From an uncultured Gammaproteobacteria bacterium (GTDB taxonomy: Bacteria > Pseudomonadota > Gammaproteobacteria > DRLM01): a stretch of 64,000 nt of DNA. Both the position numbers and the translations under genes were made by a program. The notes beneath the pieces were generated by a model. That model saw nothing but the letters and a program-made list of their open reading frames with translations, did no database searches and was not told where the DNA came from. This document shows positions 39,806-49,241 of this stretch, piece after piece. Location: the NCBI GenBank assembly GCA_963810615.1, contig CAWEOA010000007.1, forward strand, positions 585,396-649,395, given 5' to 3'. Every line of letters starts with the position of its first letter. Positions within the stretch are counted from its first letter, which is position 1.

Positions 39806-41334
39806 GGCTGTGCTGGCGGATTCACCAGGCGGTGCAGCGGCTCCATTAAATCGCCGGCCATCAGGCCACGTTCACCACCCAGGGCCGCCGCGGCATCGCC
39901 GGCGCAGCCATGCAGATAGACACCAGCCAGCGCCGCCTGCCAGGGATTCAAGCCTTGCGCCAGCAAGCCAGCGATCACCCCGGTCAAGACATCGCCCATG
40001 CCGCCGGCCGCCATGCCGGGATTGCCGGTGTCGCACAGCGCCACCGGGTCGTGACCGTTGCATACCAGCGTCCCCGCCCCCTTCAATATCACCACCCCAC
40101 CGTAGCGTTTGTGTAATTCACGTACCGCCTGCCAGCGGTCGGCCTGTACATCGCCGGCAGTAACATTCAACAAACGTGCGGCCTCGCCGGGATGGGGAGT
40201 TAGGATCCAATGGTTACGGCGCAACGGTTCCTGGGCCAAGAAATACAAGGCGTCGGCATCCACCACCATGGGCAGCGCGCTCTCCAGGACGGTACCGAAT
40301 AATGCCCTTCCCCACTCTGCGCGCCCCAAACCGGGACCGATGGCCAATACGCTCGCCTTGTTGAGGAGGGTCGGCAAGGCATCGCTGACGGCAACACCGT
40401 GGCACATCAACTCGGGGCAGGCCGCGTTCACTGCGGCGGCATGCGAGGGTTGGGTCGCCATGCTCACCAGGCCGGCGCCGACGCGCGCCGCCGCTTCCCC
40501 GGCCAAACGCACCGCGCCCGCCATACCCTGGTCGCCCCCCACTACCAACACATGACCGTGATGACCTTTATGGGCAATGCGCGCACGCGGCGGCAACAAG
40601 GATTGCATCCAGTTCGAAGAGATGCGAAATGCGGGGGCGGGAACCTTCTGGTATATCTCCGCGGGAAGCTCGAGGTCATCGAAGTAGATATCGCCACCGT
40701 AGTCCGGACCCTGTCCGGTGAACAATCCTTGTTTCAAACCGATGAAGGTGAGGGTTTTGCTGGCCCGCACTGCAAGGCCGAGCGCGGTGCCGGTGTCCGT
40801 GTGCAGACCGGAAGGGATGTCCAAGGACAAGACCGGGGCCTGCTGGCGATTGATGACGGTGATCGCATCGCGATGCAAGCCGCTCACCTCCCGATCCAGA
40901 CCCGTACCGAACATCGCGTCCACCACTACGTCGGCCTCCGGCCAGCGCTCCGCGACGAACGGCGAAACCTGCACCCCCGCCTTGAGCATGGCTTCGCAGG
41001 CGCGACGGGCGTCACCGCGTAATAATGCCGCTTCACCCAGCAATAACACCTCGACCTGCGCGCCGCCCTCATGGGCGAGCCGCGCTAACACGAAGCCGTC
41101 GCCGCCGTTGTTGCCGATACCGCACACTACCACCACATTGCGCGCCCGCGGCCAGCTTTCCCGCAACAAGTGCAAGGCCGCGGCACCGGCGCGGGTCATC
41201 AAGGTATATCCGGGGACGCCCATATCCGTAGCGGCGATGCGATCGAGCTCGCGCAAATCCTGCGCGCGATAAAGAGACTGGGGCAATTCACGCATGGGGC
41301 TGATCATATTGGTTATCATATAATGACTATGCAT
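39802..41334 (-). CDS. nnr: bifunctional NAD(P)H-hydrate epimerase/dehydratase (Nnr, YjeF)
   Basis: A YjeF_N domain (VVCGIGNNGGDGFVLAR) and a C-terminal carbohydrate-kinase-like domain. The true start may lie 5-14 codons in. Confidence 0.85.
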   Translation of the reverse strand: MHSHYMITNMISPMRELPQSLYRAQDLRELDRIAATDMGVPGYTLMTRAGAAALHLLRESWPRARNVVVVCGIGNNGGDGFVLARLAHEGGAQVEVLLLGEAALLRGDARRACEAMLKAGVQVSPFVAERWPEADVVVDAMFGTGLDREVSGLHRDAITVINRQQAPVLSLDIPSGLHTDTGTALGLAVRASKTLTFIGLKQGLFTGQGPDYGGDIYFDDLELPAEIYQKVPAPAFRISSNWMQSLLPPRARIAHKGHHGHVLVVGGDQGMAGAVRLAGEAAARVGAGLVSMATQPSHAAAVNAACPELMCHGVAVSDALPTLLNKASVLAIGPGLGRAEWGRALFGTVLESALPMVVDADALYFLAQEPLRRNHWILTPHPGEAARLLNVTAGDVQADRWQAVRELHKRYGGVVILKGAGTLVCNGHDPVALCDTGNPGMAAGGMGDVLTGVIAGLLAQGLNPWQAALAGVYLHGCAGDAAAALGGERGLMAGDLMEPLHRLVNPPAQP

Positions 41335-42411
41335 TCCTCACCAAAGCCTATCCGCGGCATTGACGACAGGGATTGGGGGCGCTTGGCCCTGGATATCAAA
41401 TCCTGGGGCAAAGAACTCGGCTTTCAACAAGTCGGCATCTGCGATATCGAACTGGGCGAAGCGGAGAACCGGCTGCGCAACTGGTTGGCCGCGAGCCGTC
41501 ACGGCAGTATGGACTATATGGAACGGCACGGCACCAAGCGCAGCCGTCCGCAGCAATTGATCCCCGGCACCGTACGCATCATTTCCGCGCGCATGGATTA
41601 TCTTCCTCCGCAGTGCGCCCCCGCCGAAGAGATCCTGGCCCAAAGCGCGCGCGCCTATGTGTCGCGCTACGCCCTGGGTCGGGATTATCACAAGGTCCTG
41701 CGCCGGCGACTGCGGCGACTGGCCGATCGCATCCTCGAGGTAACCGGCGACTTCGGCCACCGGGTGTTCGTGGACAGCGCCCCGGTATTGGAAAAGGCCG
41801 TTGCGGAAAAGGCCGGGTTGGGTTGGATAGGCAAGCATACAAATCTATTGCACCGGGAGGCCGGCTCCTGGTTTTTCCTTGGAGAACTCTACACCGATCT
41901 GCCCCTGCCGGTAGATACACCGGTCACAAATCACTGCGGCGCCTGCCGGGCCTGTATCGACGTATGCCCGACCCAGGCGATCGTGGCGCCCTATGAGCTC
42001 GACGCCCGCCGCTGCATTTCCTATTTGACCATCGAGCTGCGCGGCAGCATCCCCGTCGAGTTCCGGCCCATGATCGGCAACCGCATCTACGGCTGCGACG
42101 ATTGCCAACTTGTATGCCCCTGGAACCGCTTTGCCCGCCTGAGCGACGAAACGGATTTCCTACCGCGCCACCGCTTGGATGCACCCCTGCTCATCGAGGT
42201 GTTTGCCTGGAGCGAGGATGAATTCCTGCTGCGCACTGAGGGCTCGGCCATCCGTCGCATCGGTTATGAATGCTGGTTGCGCAATATAGCCGTCGCCCTG
42301 GGTAATGCGCCTAGCGACATTAGCGTCATAGACGCCTTGAATGCCCGCCGTGATCACACATCGGCCCTGGTGCGCGAGCATGTCGCCTGGGCCCTGGCGC
42401 AGCACGTATAA
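41323..42411 (+). CDS. queG: epoxyqueuosine reductase
   Basis: Start is placed at the internal MTMHSSPK. Two 4Fe-4S ferredoxin motifs (CGACRACIDVCP and CDDCQLVCP) and a DUF1730 domain. Confidence 0.85.
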   Translation: MTMHSSPKPIRGIDDRDWGRLALDIKSWGKELGFQQVGICDIELGEAENRLRNWLAASRHGSMDYMERHGTKRSRPQQLIPGTVRIISARMDYLPPQCAPAEEILAQSARAYVSRYALGRDYHKVLRRRLRRLADRILEVTGDFGHRVFVDSAPVLEKAVAEKAGLGWIGKHTNLLHREAGSWFFLGELYTDLPLPVDTPVTNHCGACRACIDVCPTQAIVAPYELDARRCISYLTIELRGSIPVEFRPMIGNRIYGCDDCQLVCPWNRFARLSDETDFLPRHRLDAPLLIEVFAWSEDEFLLRTEGSAIRRIGYECWLRNIAVALGNAPSDISVIDALNARRDHTSALVREHVAWALAQHV

Positions 42412-42438
42412 CCCTCGTCTTTCATTACGCGGAGATAG

Positions 42439-42996
42439 TTAGGGGTTTCCCGGCCTGCAGAAGAAATTCTGACCGTAATATCGCAGCTCATTGATGGAAT
42501 CGCGGATATCGTCCAGGGCCAAATGGTTGCTTTCCTTGCTATAGCCGCCGTAAACCGCGGGAAACCAGCGGCGCGACAGCTCCTTGATGGTACTGACATC
42601 CAGATTGCGATAATGAAAATAGCTCTCCAAATCCGGCATGCAGCGGGCGAGAAAGCGACGGTCCTGGCAAATGCTGTTGCCGCACATCGGCGAAGTACGG
42701 GGCGCCACGTGCTTGGCGAGAAACTCCAGGGTCAGTTGCTCGGCCTGTACCTCGGTATAGTGACTGGTGCGCACCCGCTCAAGCAAACCGGACTTGCTGT
42801 GCTGATTCTTATTCCAGTCATCCATCCCGTTCAAGATGCTCTCGTCCTGATGAATGGCGATTACCGGCCCTTCTTCCAGGATATTTAAGGCGCTGTCGGT
42901 GACAATCGTCGCGATCTCGATGATATAATCCCTGTTGGTATCGAGACCGGTCATTTCCAGATCGATCCAGATCAAATTTAACGGATCCTGACTCAT
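42439..42996 (-). CDS. orn: oligoribonuclease
   Basis: DEDDh exonuclease motifs ([12 protein letters not shown]). Start is placed at MSQDPLN. Confidence 0.9.
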   Translation of the reverse strand: MSQDPLNLIWIDLEMTGLDTNRDYIIEIATIVTDSALNILEEGPVIAIHQDESILNGMDDWNKNQHSKSGLLERVRTSHYTEVQAEQLTLEFLAKHVAPRTSPMCGNSICQDRRFLARCMPDLESYFHYRNLDVSTIKELSRRWFPAVYGGYSKESNHLALDDIRDSINELRYYGQNFFCRPGNP

Positions 42997-43071
42997 TACA
43001 GCTCCTTCCATTCCGCGTGCTGGATGATTGTATCAAAACCTTACCTCAATAGCGGCTGAGCCTACCATCCC

Positions 43072-44331
43072 ATGAACGGATTCACCCTTGTTTTTTTGAC
43101 CTTTGTCCTGGCCACCAGTGCCGTCCTTTTGTGGCTGGCGCAGCGCCAGCTCCACAACGCCCGGCGCCACCGTGAGCAGGTACCCGAGGCCTTTCGCGAC
43201 CAGATCGGTCTGGCGGTGCACGAAAAGGCCGCCGACTATACCGCCACGAAGATGCGGCTGGAACAGATCGACATCGTAATTGGCGCCCTCCTGGTACTGG
43301 GCTGGACGCTGGCCGGCGGCTTGAATGCCCTGGCCGCGCTATGGGATACGAGCGGCTGGAGCGATCTCGCCACCGGTACCGGTCTCGTCATCAGCGTGTT
43401 GCTGCTGATGGCAGTGCTCGACATGCCCATGGACCTGTACCGCACCTTTATAGTGGAAGCAAAATTCGGCTTCAATCGCACCACCCTGGCCCTCTATTTC
43501 AGCGATGTCGTGAAACAAGGCTTCATCTTTCTGCTGCTGGGTACGCCGCTCATCGCCTTACTGCTGTGGCTGGTGGGCAATGCCGGCAGCTGGTGGTGGC
43601 TCTATGGCTGGCTGACGTGGACGACGTTCACCTTGGTCATGTTCTGGCTCTATCCCACGGTGATCGCACCGCTGTTCAATCGCTTCACGCCCTTGGAGGA
43701 CGAAGCCCTGCGCGAAAAGATCGTCAAGCTGCTGCAGCGCTGCGGTTTCAATGCAGACGGCATCTATGTCATGGACGGCTCGAAACGTTCCCAGCACGGC
43801 AACGCCTACTTCACCGGCTTCGGCACCAATAAGCGCATCGTCTTCTTCGACACCCTGTTGAAGAGTCTGCAAGCCGATGAAATCGAGGCGGTACTGGCCC
43901 ATGAACTCGGACACTTCAAGCACGGTCACGTGCGCCAACGCTTGATCCTGGTTACCCTCACCAGCTTGGTGGGTTTTGCCACCCTGGGAATGCTGATCAA
44001 TGCGCCATGGTTCTACACCGGTCTCGGCGTTGAGCATATATCCTATGCCACGGCCATGGTGCTGTTCCTGCTGGTGACACCCTATTTTTCCGCCGTGCTC
44101 AAACCCGTCTCATCGTATTGGATGCGCAAACACGAATTCGAGGCCGACGATTATGCCGCCACCCAAACCAACGCCCGCAATTTGATACAGGCATTGGTCA
44201 AGCTCTATAAGGAGAACGCCGCCAGCTTGACGCCGGACAGCCTCTATTCCGCCTATCACGACTCACATCCGCCCGCGCCGATACGGATATCGCATCTGGC
44301 CGCTAAATTATCCGCGCCCAACGGCTCCTGA
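43072..44331 (+). CDS. M48-family zinc metallopeptidase (Ste24/HtpX-like)
   Basis: A multi-TM protein with HELGHFKHGH (HExxH) and a downstream Glu. Confidence 0.8.
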   Translation: MNGFTLVFLTFVLATSAVLLWLAQRQLHNARRHREQVPEAFRDQIGLAVHEKAADYTATKMRLEQIDIVIGALLVLGWTLAGGLNALAALWDTSGWSDLATGTGLVISVLLLMAVLDMPMDLYRTFIVEAKFGFNRTTLALYFSDVVKQGFIFLLLGTPLIALLLWLVGNAGSWWWLYGWLTWTTFTLVMFWLYPTVIAPLFNRFTPLEDEALREKIVKLLQRCGFNADGIYVMDGSKRSQHGNAYFTGFGTNKRIVFFDTLLKSLQADEIEAVLAHELGHFKHGHVRQRLILVTLTSLVGFATLGMLINAPWFYTGLGVEHISYATAMVLFLLVTPYFSAVLKPVSSYWMRKHEFEADDYAATQTNARNLIQALVKLYKENAASLTPDSLYSAYHDSHPPAPIRISHLAAKLSAPNGS

Positions 44332-44350
44332 ACTGCGACTACCCATACTC

Positions 44351-45349
44351 ATGGCGAAACGTTTCCCACCACGCTACGGCAAAAATAAACCGCGCTCTAT
44401 CTTAAAGAATGATGCTTCCGAGACAAGCTCGGGACAGACCGGACTGATTATCAGCAATTACGGACAGACCCTGGATGTCGAGGATCAAGCCGGTGACATT
44501 CACCGTTGCACGGTGCGCAAAAAGATCGATAGCCTGGTATGCGGCGATAAGGTCTTATGGATACCCTCCAGCGGTGACGAAGGCGTGATCGTCGCACTGC
44601 AGCCGCGCCAATCCCTGCTGGTGCGTCCCGACAGTAGCGGCAGCCTGAAACCGGTTGCCGCCAATGTGAATCAACTCATCGTGGTGATAGCGCCGCGTCC
44701 ACCCACCGATTCCGCTTACGCATCCGAACAGGAGTTGCTGTTCGATACCTCGCTGATCGATCGCTACCTGGTGGCCGCGGAACTCAGCGGTATCCATGCC
44801 TTGATAGTGATCAACAAGATCGACCTGTTCTCCGCGGACGCCTTGGCGCGCACCCGGCTCTATATGGAGACCTATCAAGACATCGGTTACGAGGTACTGT
44901 TTACCAGCACCAAGCAGGCCCCCGCCGACGATGAATTGAGCGAAGCACTCAAAGGACACATCAGCGTGTTCTGCGGGCCTTCGGGAGTGGGGAAATCATC
45001 CTTGGTAAAGCTTGTGCTGCCTGAGCAGGAGATTCGTATCGGCGAGCTTTCCGCCGCCAGCGGCACCGGCCGCCATACCACCACGCTCACCATGCTGTAC
45101 CGCCTTGAACACGGCGGAGCGCTCATCGACTCCCCCGGCGTCCGCGACTTCGGTCTATGGCACGTCGGACCGGCGCAAGTCGCCAGAGGCTTTATAGAAT
45201 TTCAGGACCACGCCGCAGACTGCCGCTTCGCCGATTGCTCTCATCTAAGCGAACCGGGCTGCGCCGTGCAACAGGCGGTGCAATCCGGCCGGATCAGCGC
45301 CGCCCGCCTCGCCAGCTATCGGCGCATCGCGGCATCACTGCAGCATTAA
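44351..45349 (+). CDS. rsgA: ribosome small-subunit-dependent GTPase A
   Basis: A circularly permuted GTPase (FCGPSGVGKSSLV) with a C-terminal zinc-finger of 3 Cys/1 His (CRFADCSHLSEPGC). Confidence 0.85.
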   Translation: MAKRFPPRYGKNKPRSILKNDASETSSGQTGLIISNYGQTLDVEDQAGDIHRCTVRKKIDSLVCGDKVLWIPSSGDEGVIVALQPRQSLLVRPDSSGSLKPVAANVNQLIVVIAPRPPTDSAYASEQELLFDTSLIDRYLVAAELSGIHALIVINKIDLFSADALARTRLYMETYQDIGYEVLFTSTKQAPADDELSEALKGHISVFCGPSGVGKSSLVKLVLPEQEIRIGELSAASGTGRHTTTLTMLYRLEHGGALIDSPGVRDFGLWHVGPAQVARGFIEFQDHAADCRFADCSHLSEPGCAVQQAVQSGRISAARLASYRRIAASLQH

Positions 45350-45351
45350 GC

Positions 45352-45795
45352 CTAGCCGGCATCGGCAACCTTCAGTACCGAGCGCAACCAATCCTTGTTT
45401 TCCAGCACATCCGCCAGGGTGTAGCGGTCCAGGACACCCATGAATGCCCGCCGTGCCTCGTAAAGCGCGCTTTTTAAGATACAGGCAGCCGCGATAGGAC
45501 AGGTGTTGCGTTCCTGGTCGAAACATTCCACCAGGTCAAAGCTCACTTCGGTATGCCGTACCACGTCGCCGATATTGATCTCCGCCGCCGGCCGCGCCAG
45601 GGTGATACCGCCGCCCCGACCGCGGGTGCTGTGAATGAAGCCTTGCGTAGCCAGGTTATGGACCACCTTCACCAGATGGTTGCGGGAAATTCCGTAGCTT
45701 TGCGCTATATCGGTGATGGTCGCCATGCGCCGCGGATTGAGTCCCAGATAGAGCAGTACCCGCAGAGAATAATCGGTGTAGAGGGTCAATTGCAT
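45352..45795 (-). CDS. Rrf2-family transcriptional regulator (NsrR/IscR-like)
   Basis: Start is placed at the internal MQLTLYTDYSLRVLLYL. A wHTH domain and three Cys (C-x8-C-x5-C) for a probable Fe-S cluster. Confidence 0.8.
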   Translation of the reverse strand: MQLTLYTDYSLRVLLYLGLNPRRMATITDIAQSYGISRNHLVKVVHNLATQGFIHSTRGRGGGITLARPAAEINIGDVVRHTEVSFDLVECFDQERNTCPIAAACILKSALYEARRAFMGVLDRYTLADVLENKDWLRSVLKVADAG

Positions 45796-45826
45796 AGTGC
45801 GCTTTCTACAGGAGTCCCGCCATCCG

Positions 45827-46240
45827 TCACCAAAGCACCGCGGCCTTGACCGATTCCGGATCCACCAGCAACAAGGCCGTCGCAATCACCAGCCCGCGCA
45901 CCAAGAGTATCGCCTTGGCCTGGCTATGGTGTTCGCCGCGCGCCTCCTGATTGCCGCCGAATATCCTGCGCGCCGTCTGTATTTGCAGAAAGTACAGCGC
46001 ATACAAGGTCAATATCAGGCCGAAATGCATCCAGATTAAAAACGAAAATATCTCTTCGTGGACGATGAGACGCTTGTACCAATCATGGGTGAGATAGAGG
46101 TAAAAGGGAAACAGGATGTCGGTGATTATAATCAGCACCATCACCGGCACATGGAACCAGCGGAAGCGCGAATAATAATAGGCGGCGATCATCAGCACAT
46201 AAGTGGCCAAAACGAACCAGACCGTTCCGACCGTAATCAT
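45827..46240 (-). CDS. hypothetical 4-TM membrane protein
   Basis: 137 aa and strongly hydrophobic. It is co-oriented with, and 32 nt upstream of, the Rrf2 regulator gene. Confidence 0.5.
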   Translation of the reverse strand: MITVGTVWFVLATYVLMIAAYYYSRFRWFHVPVMVLIIITDILFPFYLYLTHDWYKRLIVHEEIFSFLIWMHFGLILTLYALYFLQIQTARRIFGGNQEARGEHHSQAKAILLVRGLVIATALLLVDPESVKAAVLW

Positions 46241-46333
46241 GATGTCTTCATGCCGTTAGTGGCTCCCGGGTGGATCATCTGCACGATGATACTCCCTTAC
46301 CCAAGGATTTATCCGCTTGCTTAGGCCCTAGGA

Positions 46334-46939
46334 TCAAATCGACTTGCGTCCGGCGAAGGCATGGGACAAGGTCCCGCCGTCGATATATTCCAGCTCACCG
46401 CCCAGCGGCACCCCATGGGCGATACGGCTGGCCTTGATGCCGCGCGCATGCACCATCTCGCTGACATAATGCGCCGTCGCCTCTCCTTCTACCGTGGGAT
46501 TGGTGGCGAGTATCACCTCGTTGATGCCGCCGCCGTCCAGGCGTGCCGCCAGCTGCTCCAGCCCCAGTTCCTCGGGACCGATGCCGTCCAGGGGTGAGAG
46601 ATGCCCCATCAGCACAAAATACAGTCCCCGGTATCCGGTGGATTGTTCCAATGCCTGGACATCCACCGGCGACTCCACCACGCATAACAGGCTGTGATCG
46701 CGTTGCGCGCTGCCGCATAAGGGACAGATTTCCTGCTCCGTCAGGGTGCGGCACATTTTACAGCGACCCACCCGCTCCAGCGCCGCCGCCAGGGTCTCGG
46801 CCAGACGACGGCCGCCCTCGCGATTATGCTGCAGCACATGATACGTCATACGTTGCGCCGATTTCGGGCCGACACCGGGTAGGCAGCGCAAGGCCTCCAT
46901 CAACTGCACGATGAGGGATTTGTCGCGCACCAGGCTCAT
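46334..46939 (-). CDS. recR: recombination protein RecR
   Basis: A C4 zinc finger (CKMCRTL...CPLC) and a Toprim domain. Its start overlaps the ybaB stop (TAATG). Confidence 0.9.
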   Translation of the reverse strand: MSLVRDKSLIVQLMEALRCLPGVGPKSAQRMTYHVLQHNREGGRRLAETLAAALERVGRCKMCRTLTEQEICPLCGSAQRDHSLLCVVESPVDVQALEQSTGYRGLYFVLMGHLSPLDGIGPEELGLEQLAARLDGGGINEVILATNPTVEGEATAHYVSEMVHARGIKASRIAHGVPLGGELEYIDGGTLSHAFAGRKSI

Positions 46940-47262
46940 TAGAACGGCATCTTGAAACCGCTGGGCAGACCCATGCCTGCGGTCAGGCCGGACATTTTTT
47001 CCTGAGTGGTGCTTTCCACCTTACGCACCGCGTCATTGACCGCGGCCGCCAGCAGATCCTCCAGCATTTCCTTATCTTCCTTAAGGAGGCTGTCGTCGAT
47101 AGTCACCCGTTTCACATCGTGACGGCCGGTCATGACCACGCTGACCATCCCGCCGCCGGCCTGTCCGGTCACTTCCATGTCCGCCAGTTCCGCCTGCGCC
47201 TTTTGCATGGTTTCCTGCATGCGCTGGGCCTGCTTCATCAAATTTCCTAGCCCACCTTTCAT
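46939..47262 (-). CDS. ybaB: nucleoid-associated protein YbaB/EbfC
   Basis: 107 aa with conserved family sequence ([11 protein letters not shown]...[10 protein letters not shown]). Confidence 0.9.
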   Translation of the reverse strand: MKGGLGNLMKQAQRMQETMQKAQAELADMEVTGQAGGGMVSVVMTGRHDVKRVTIDDSLLKEDKEMLEDLLAAAVNDAVRKVESTTQEKMSGLTAGMGLPSGFKMPF

Positions 47263-47293
47263 AGCTACCTCCTCGTCATGTCTTCAATAGTCG

Positions 47294-48907
47294 TCAATCC
47301 ACCGGCCGGACGGAATCCGGCACGATGCGGGCATCAAACATCTCTTGCAGGTTTTTAACGTGATTATCCTGAACGATGGCCTCTTGCGCCGAGCGCATGC
47401 GGTCCTGAGAAATGCGTTCCTGCAAGGCCGCCGGCGTTTCCGCATTGGGTTGAGTAATGGTGAACAGCAATTTCACCTTTCCCCCTAAATATGTGCTCAA
47501 TGCCTCCTGTAAGCGCTCTTCCATCTTGCTGTTGCGCAAGGAGGCATGCGCCGGGGCCAGGGCTAGGTGAAAGGTATTGCCTTCGCGGCTCATCAAGGCG
47601 CAATTGTTTGCCAGGACGCGCGGCATGCCTTGCAAGGGCAATTGTTCAACCAGGCGATGCCAGGCCTCGTCTTCCTGGGTTGATTTGCTGGTACTCGGCG
47701 CGGCAGGCGAGGTCTTTTCACCCCCGCCTTGAGAAGGCGGCGCGGTCTGTTGCTTGCGCGGTGCCGCAGGTGTTGGCTGCTGCCGCGCCGGCGCAGTGAG
47801 GGGCGGCCTCTGCCCGGCCGCAGAAACCGGACGAAATGCCAGCATCCGCAGCAAGACCATCTCGAAACCCAGGCGCGGCGCCGGCGCAATGGCCAGATCA
47901 CGGCGCCCGATCAGGCCGATCTGATAAAAGAGCTGCACATCTTCCGCGCTCAGCGCCGCCGCCAGCCGTGCAACCGTTTCTTCGTCCAGGTGTTCGTCAC
48001 TGACGGCGCCCGGAACCGCCTGGACAACGGCGATCTGGTGCAGCCAGGCCAGCAATTCCGCCAGGACGTCATCAAAATCCGGAGCAAATTCATTCAAGTC
48101 GGCAATGCGCTGCAATAAGATCCCGCCGTCGGCCGCCGCCAAGGCGTCGAGCAGATGCACCACGTGGCCATGCTCGATGGTCCCCAGCATGGCCTGGACT
48201 TCGCTCTCCAGCACCTGGCCGCCGCCGTAGGCGATGGCCTGATCCAGCAGACTCAGTGCGTCGCGCATACTGCCGTCGGCGGCGCGGGCGATGTGTTTCA
48301 AGGCCGCGGCCTCGGCATTGATGTTTTCCTGGCCCAACACCCGTTGCAGATACTCGCGGATCATCTCCGGCGGCAGGCGCTTGAGATTGAACTGCAGGCA
48401 GCGGGACAGGATGGTGACCGGCAGGCGCTGGGGATCGGTGGTGGCAAGCAGGAATTTTACGTGGGGCGGCGGTTCTTCCAGGGTCTTCAACAGGGCATTG
48501 AAGCTGTGGGTGGAGAGCATATGCACCTCGTCGATGAGGTAGACCTTGTAACGGCCGCGACTCGGCGCGTACTGCACATTCTCCAAAAGATCGCGGGTAT
48601 CCTCCACCTTGGTGCGGGACGCGGCATCCACCTCGATCAGATCCACGAAGCGGCCCTCGTCGATTTCCCGACAGGCACTGCATTGTCCGCAAGGTGTGGC
48701 GCTCACCCCCTGCTCACAGTTGAGGGACTTGGCAAAAATCCGCGCCACGGTGGTCTTGCCCACCCCGCGCGTGCCGGTGAACAGATAGGCATGGTGCAGG
48801 CGCTGATTGTCCAGGGCATTGATCAAGGCACGCAACACATGCCCCTGCCCCATCATCTCGCCGAAGTTACGGGGGCGCCATTTACGCGCAAGGACTTGAT
48901 AACTCAT
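47294..48907 (-). CDS. dnaX: DNA polymerase III subunit gamma/tau
   Basis: Start is placed at MSYQVLARKWRPRNF. An AAA+ P-loop (GTRGVGKTT) and a Zn module (CGQCSACREI). Confidence 0.9.
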   Translation of the reverse strand: MSYQVLARKWRPRNFGEMMGQGHVLRALINALDNQRLHHAYLFTGTRGVGKTTVARIFAKSLNCEQGVSATPCGQCSACREIDEGRFVDLIEVDAASRTKVEDTRDLLENVQYAPSRGRYKVYLIDEVHMLSTHSFNALLKTLEEPPPHVKFLLATTDPQRLPVTILSRCLQFNLKRLPPEMIREYLQRVLGQENINAEAAALKHIARAADGSMRDALSLLDQAIAYGGGQVLESEVQAMLGTIEHGHVVHLLDALAAADGGILLQRIADLNEFAPDFDDVLAELLAWLHQIAVVQAVPGAVSDEHLDEETVARLAAALSAEDVQLFYQIGLIGRRDLAIAPAPRLGFEMVLLRMLAFRPVSAAGQRPPLTAPARQQPTPAAPRKQQTAPPSQGGGEKTSPAAPSTSKSTQEDEAWHRLVEQLPLQGMPRVLANNCALMSREGNTFHLALAPAHASLRNSKMEERLQEALSTYLGGKVKLLFTITQPNAETPAALQERISQDRMRSAQEAIVQDNHVKNLQEMFDARIVPDSVRPVD

Positions 48908-49000
48908 GGAAGTGTGAATCCCACCGTCGAAATGAAACAACCCGGCCATTGTACCCAATTTGCCGGGACGTCGCTCGGGGAATCAAGAGGTAAGGGCGGC

Positions 49001-49106
49001 GGCTCGAACCCGCCCGACCCCGGCGCCCGAATCCGCTGCTGCCGCTGCTCCCTTCCGGGCCTGACGGGGTTCACAGCATATCGTCGCGGGAGGACCGGCC
49101 CGAGCC
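49001..49106 (-). ncRNA. ffs: signal recognition particle RNA (4.5S RNA, ffs)
   Basis: The minus strand reads ...CCUCCCGCGACG...GUCAGGCCCGGAAGGGAGCAGCGGCAGC...GCGCCGGGG..., matching the conserved domain IV of bacterial SRP RNA (GUCAGGUCCGGAAGGAAGCAGCC in E. coli). Terminal GGCUCG/CGAGCC pairing closes the hairpin. It lies immediately upstream of dnaX. Confidence 0.6.
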
Positions 49107-49241
49107 ACCATTGCTTACATACTAGCGAAAGCTGTCGGCGGAACGCCGCAAACCGCTAATTATCGGAGCGCGCAGTCTACTACAAACCCTTATTAATTGT
49201 AATTACGCTCACCCGCCCGTCCTTATCAGCGCCGCCGGCGG

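Noticed and set aside
41373-41996. 207-aa plus-strand ORF
   Set aside because: It is in an alternate frame of queG. The Arg/Gly-rich translation is spurious.
48155-49159. 334-aa plus-strand ORF
   Set aside because: It is mostly antisense to dnaX and the SRP RNA, with no support.
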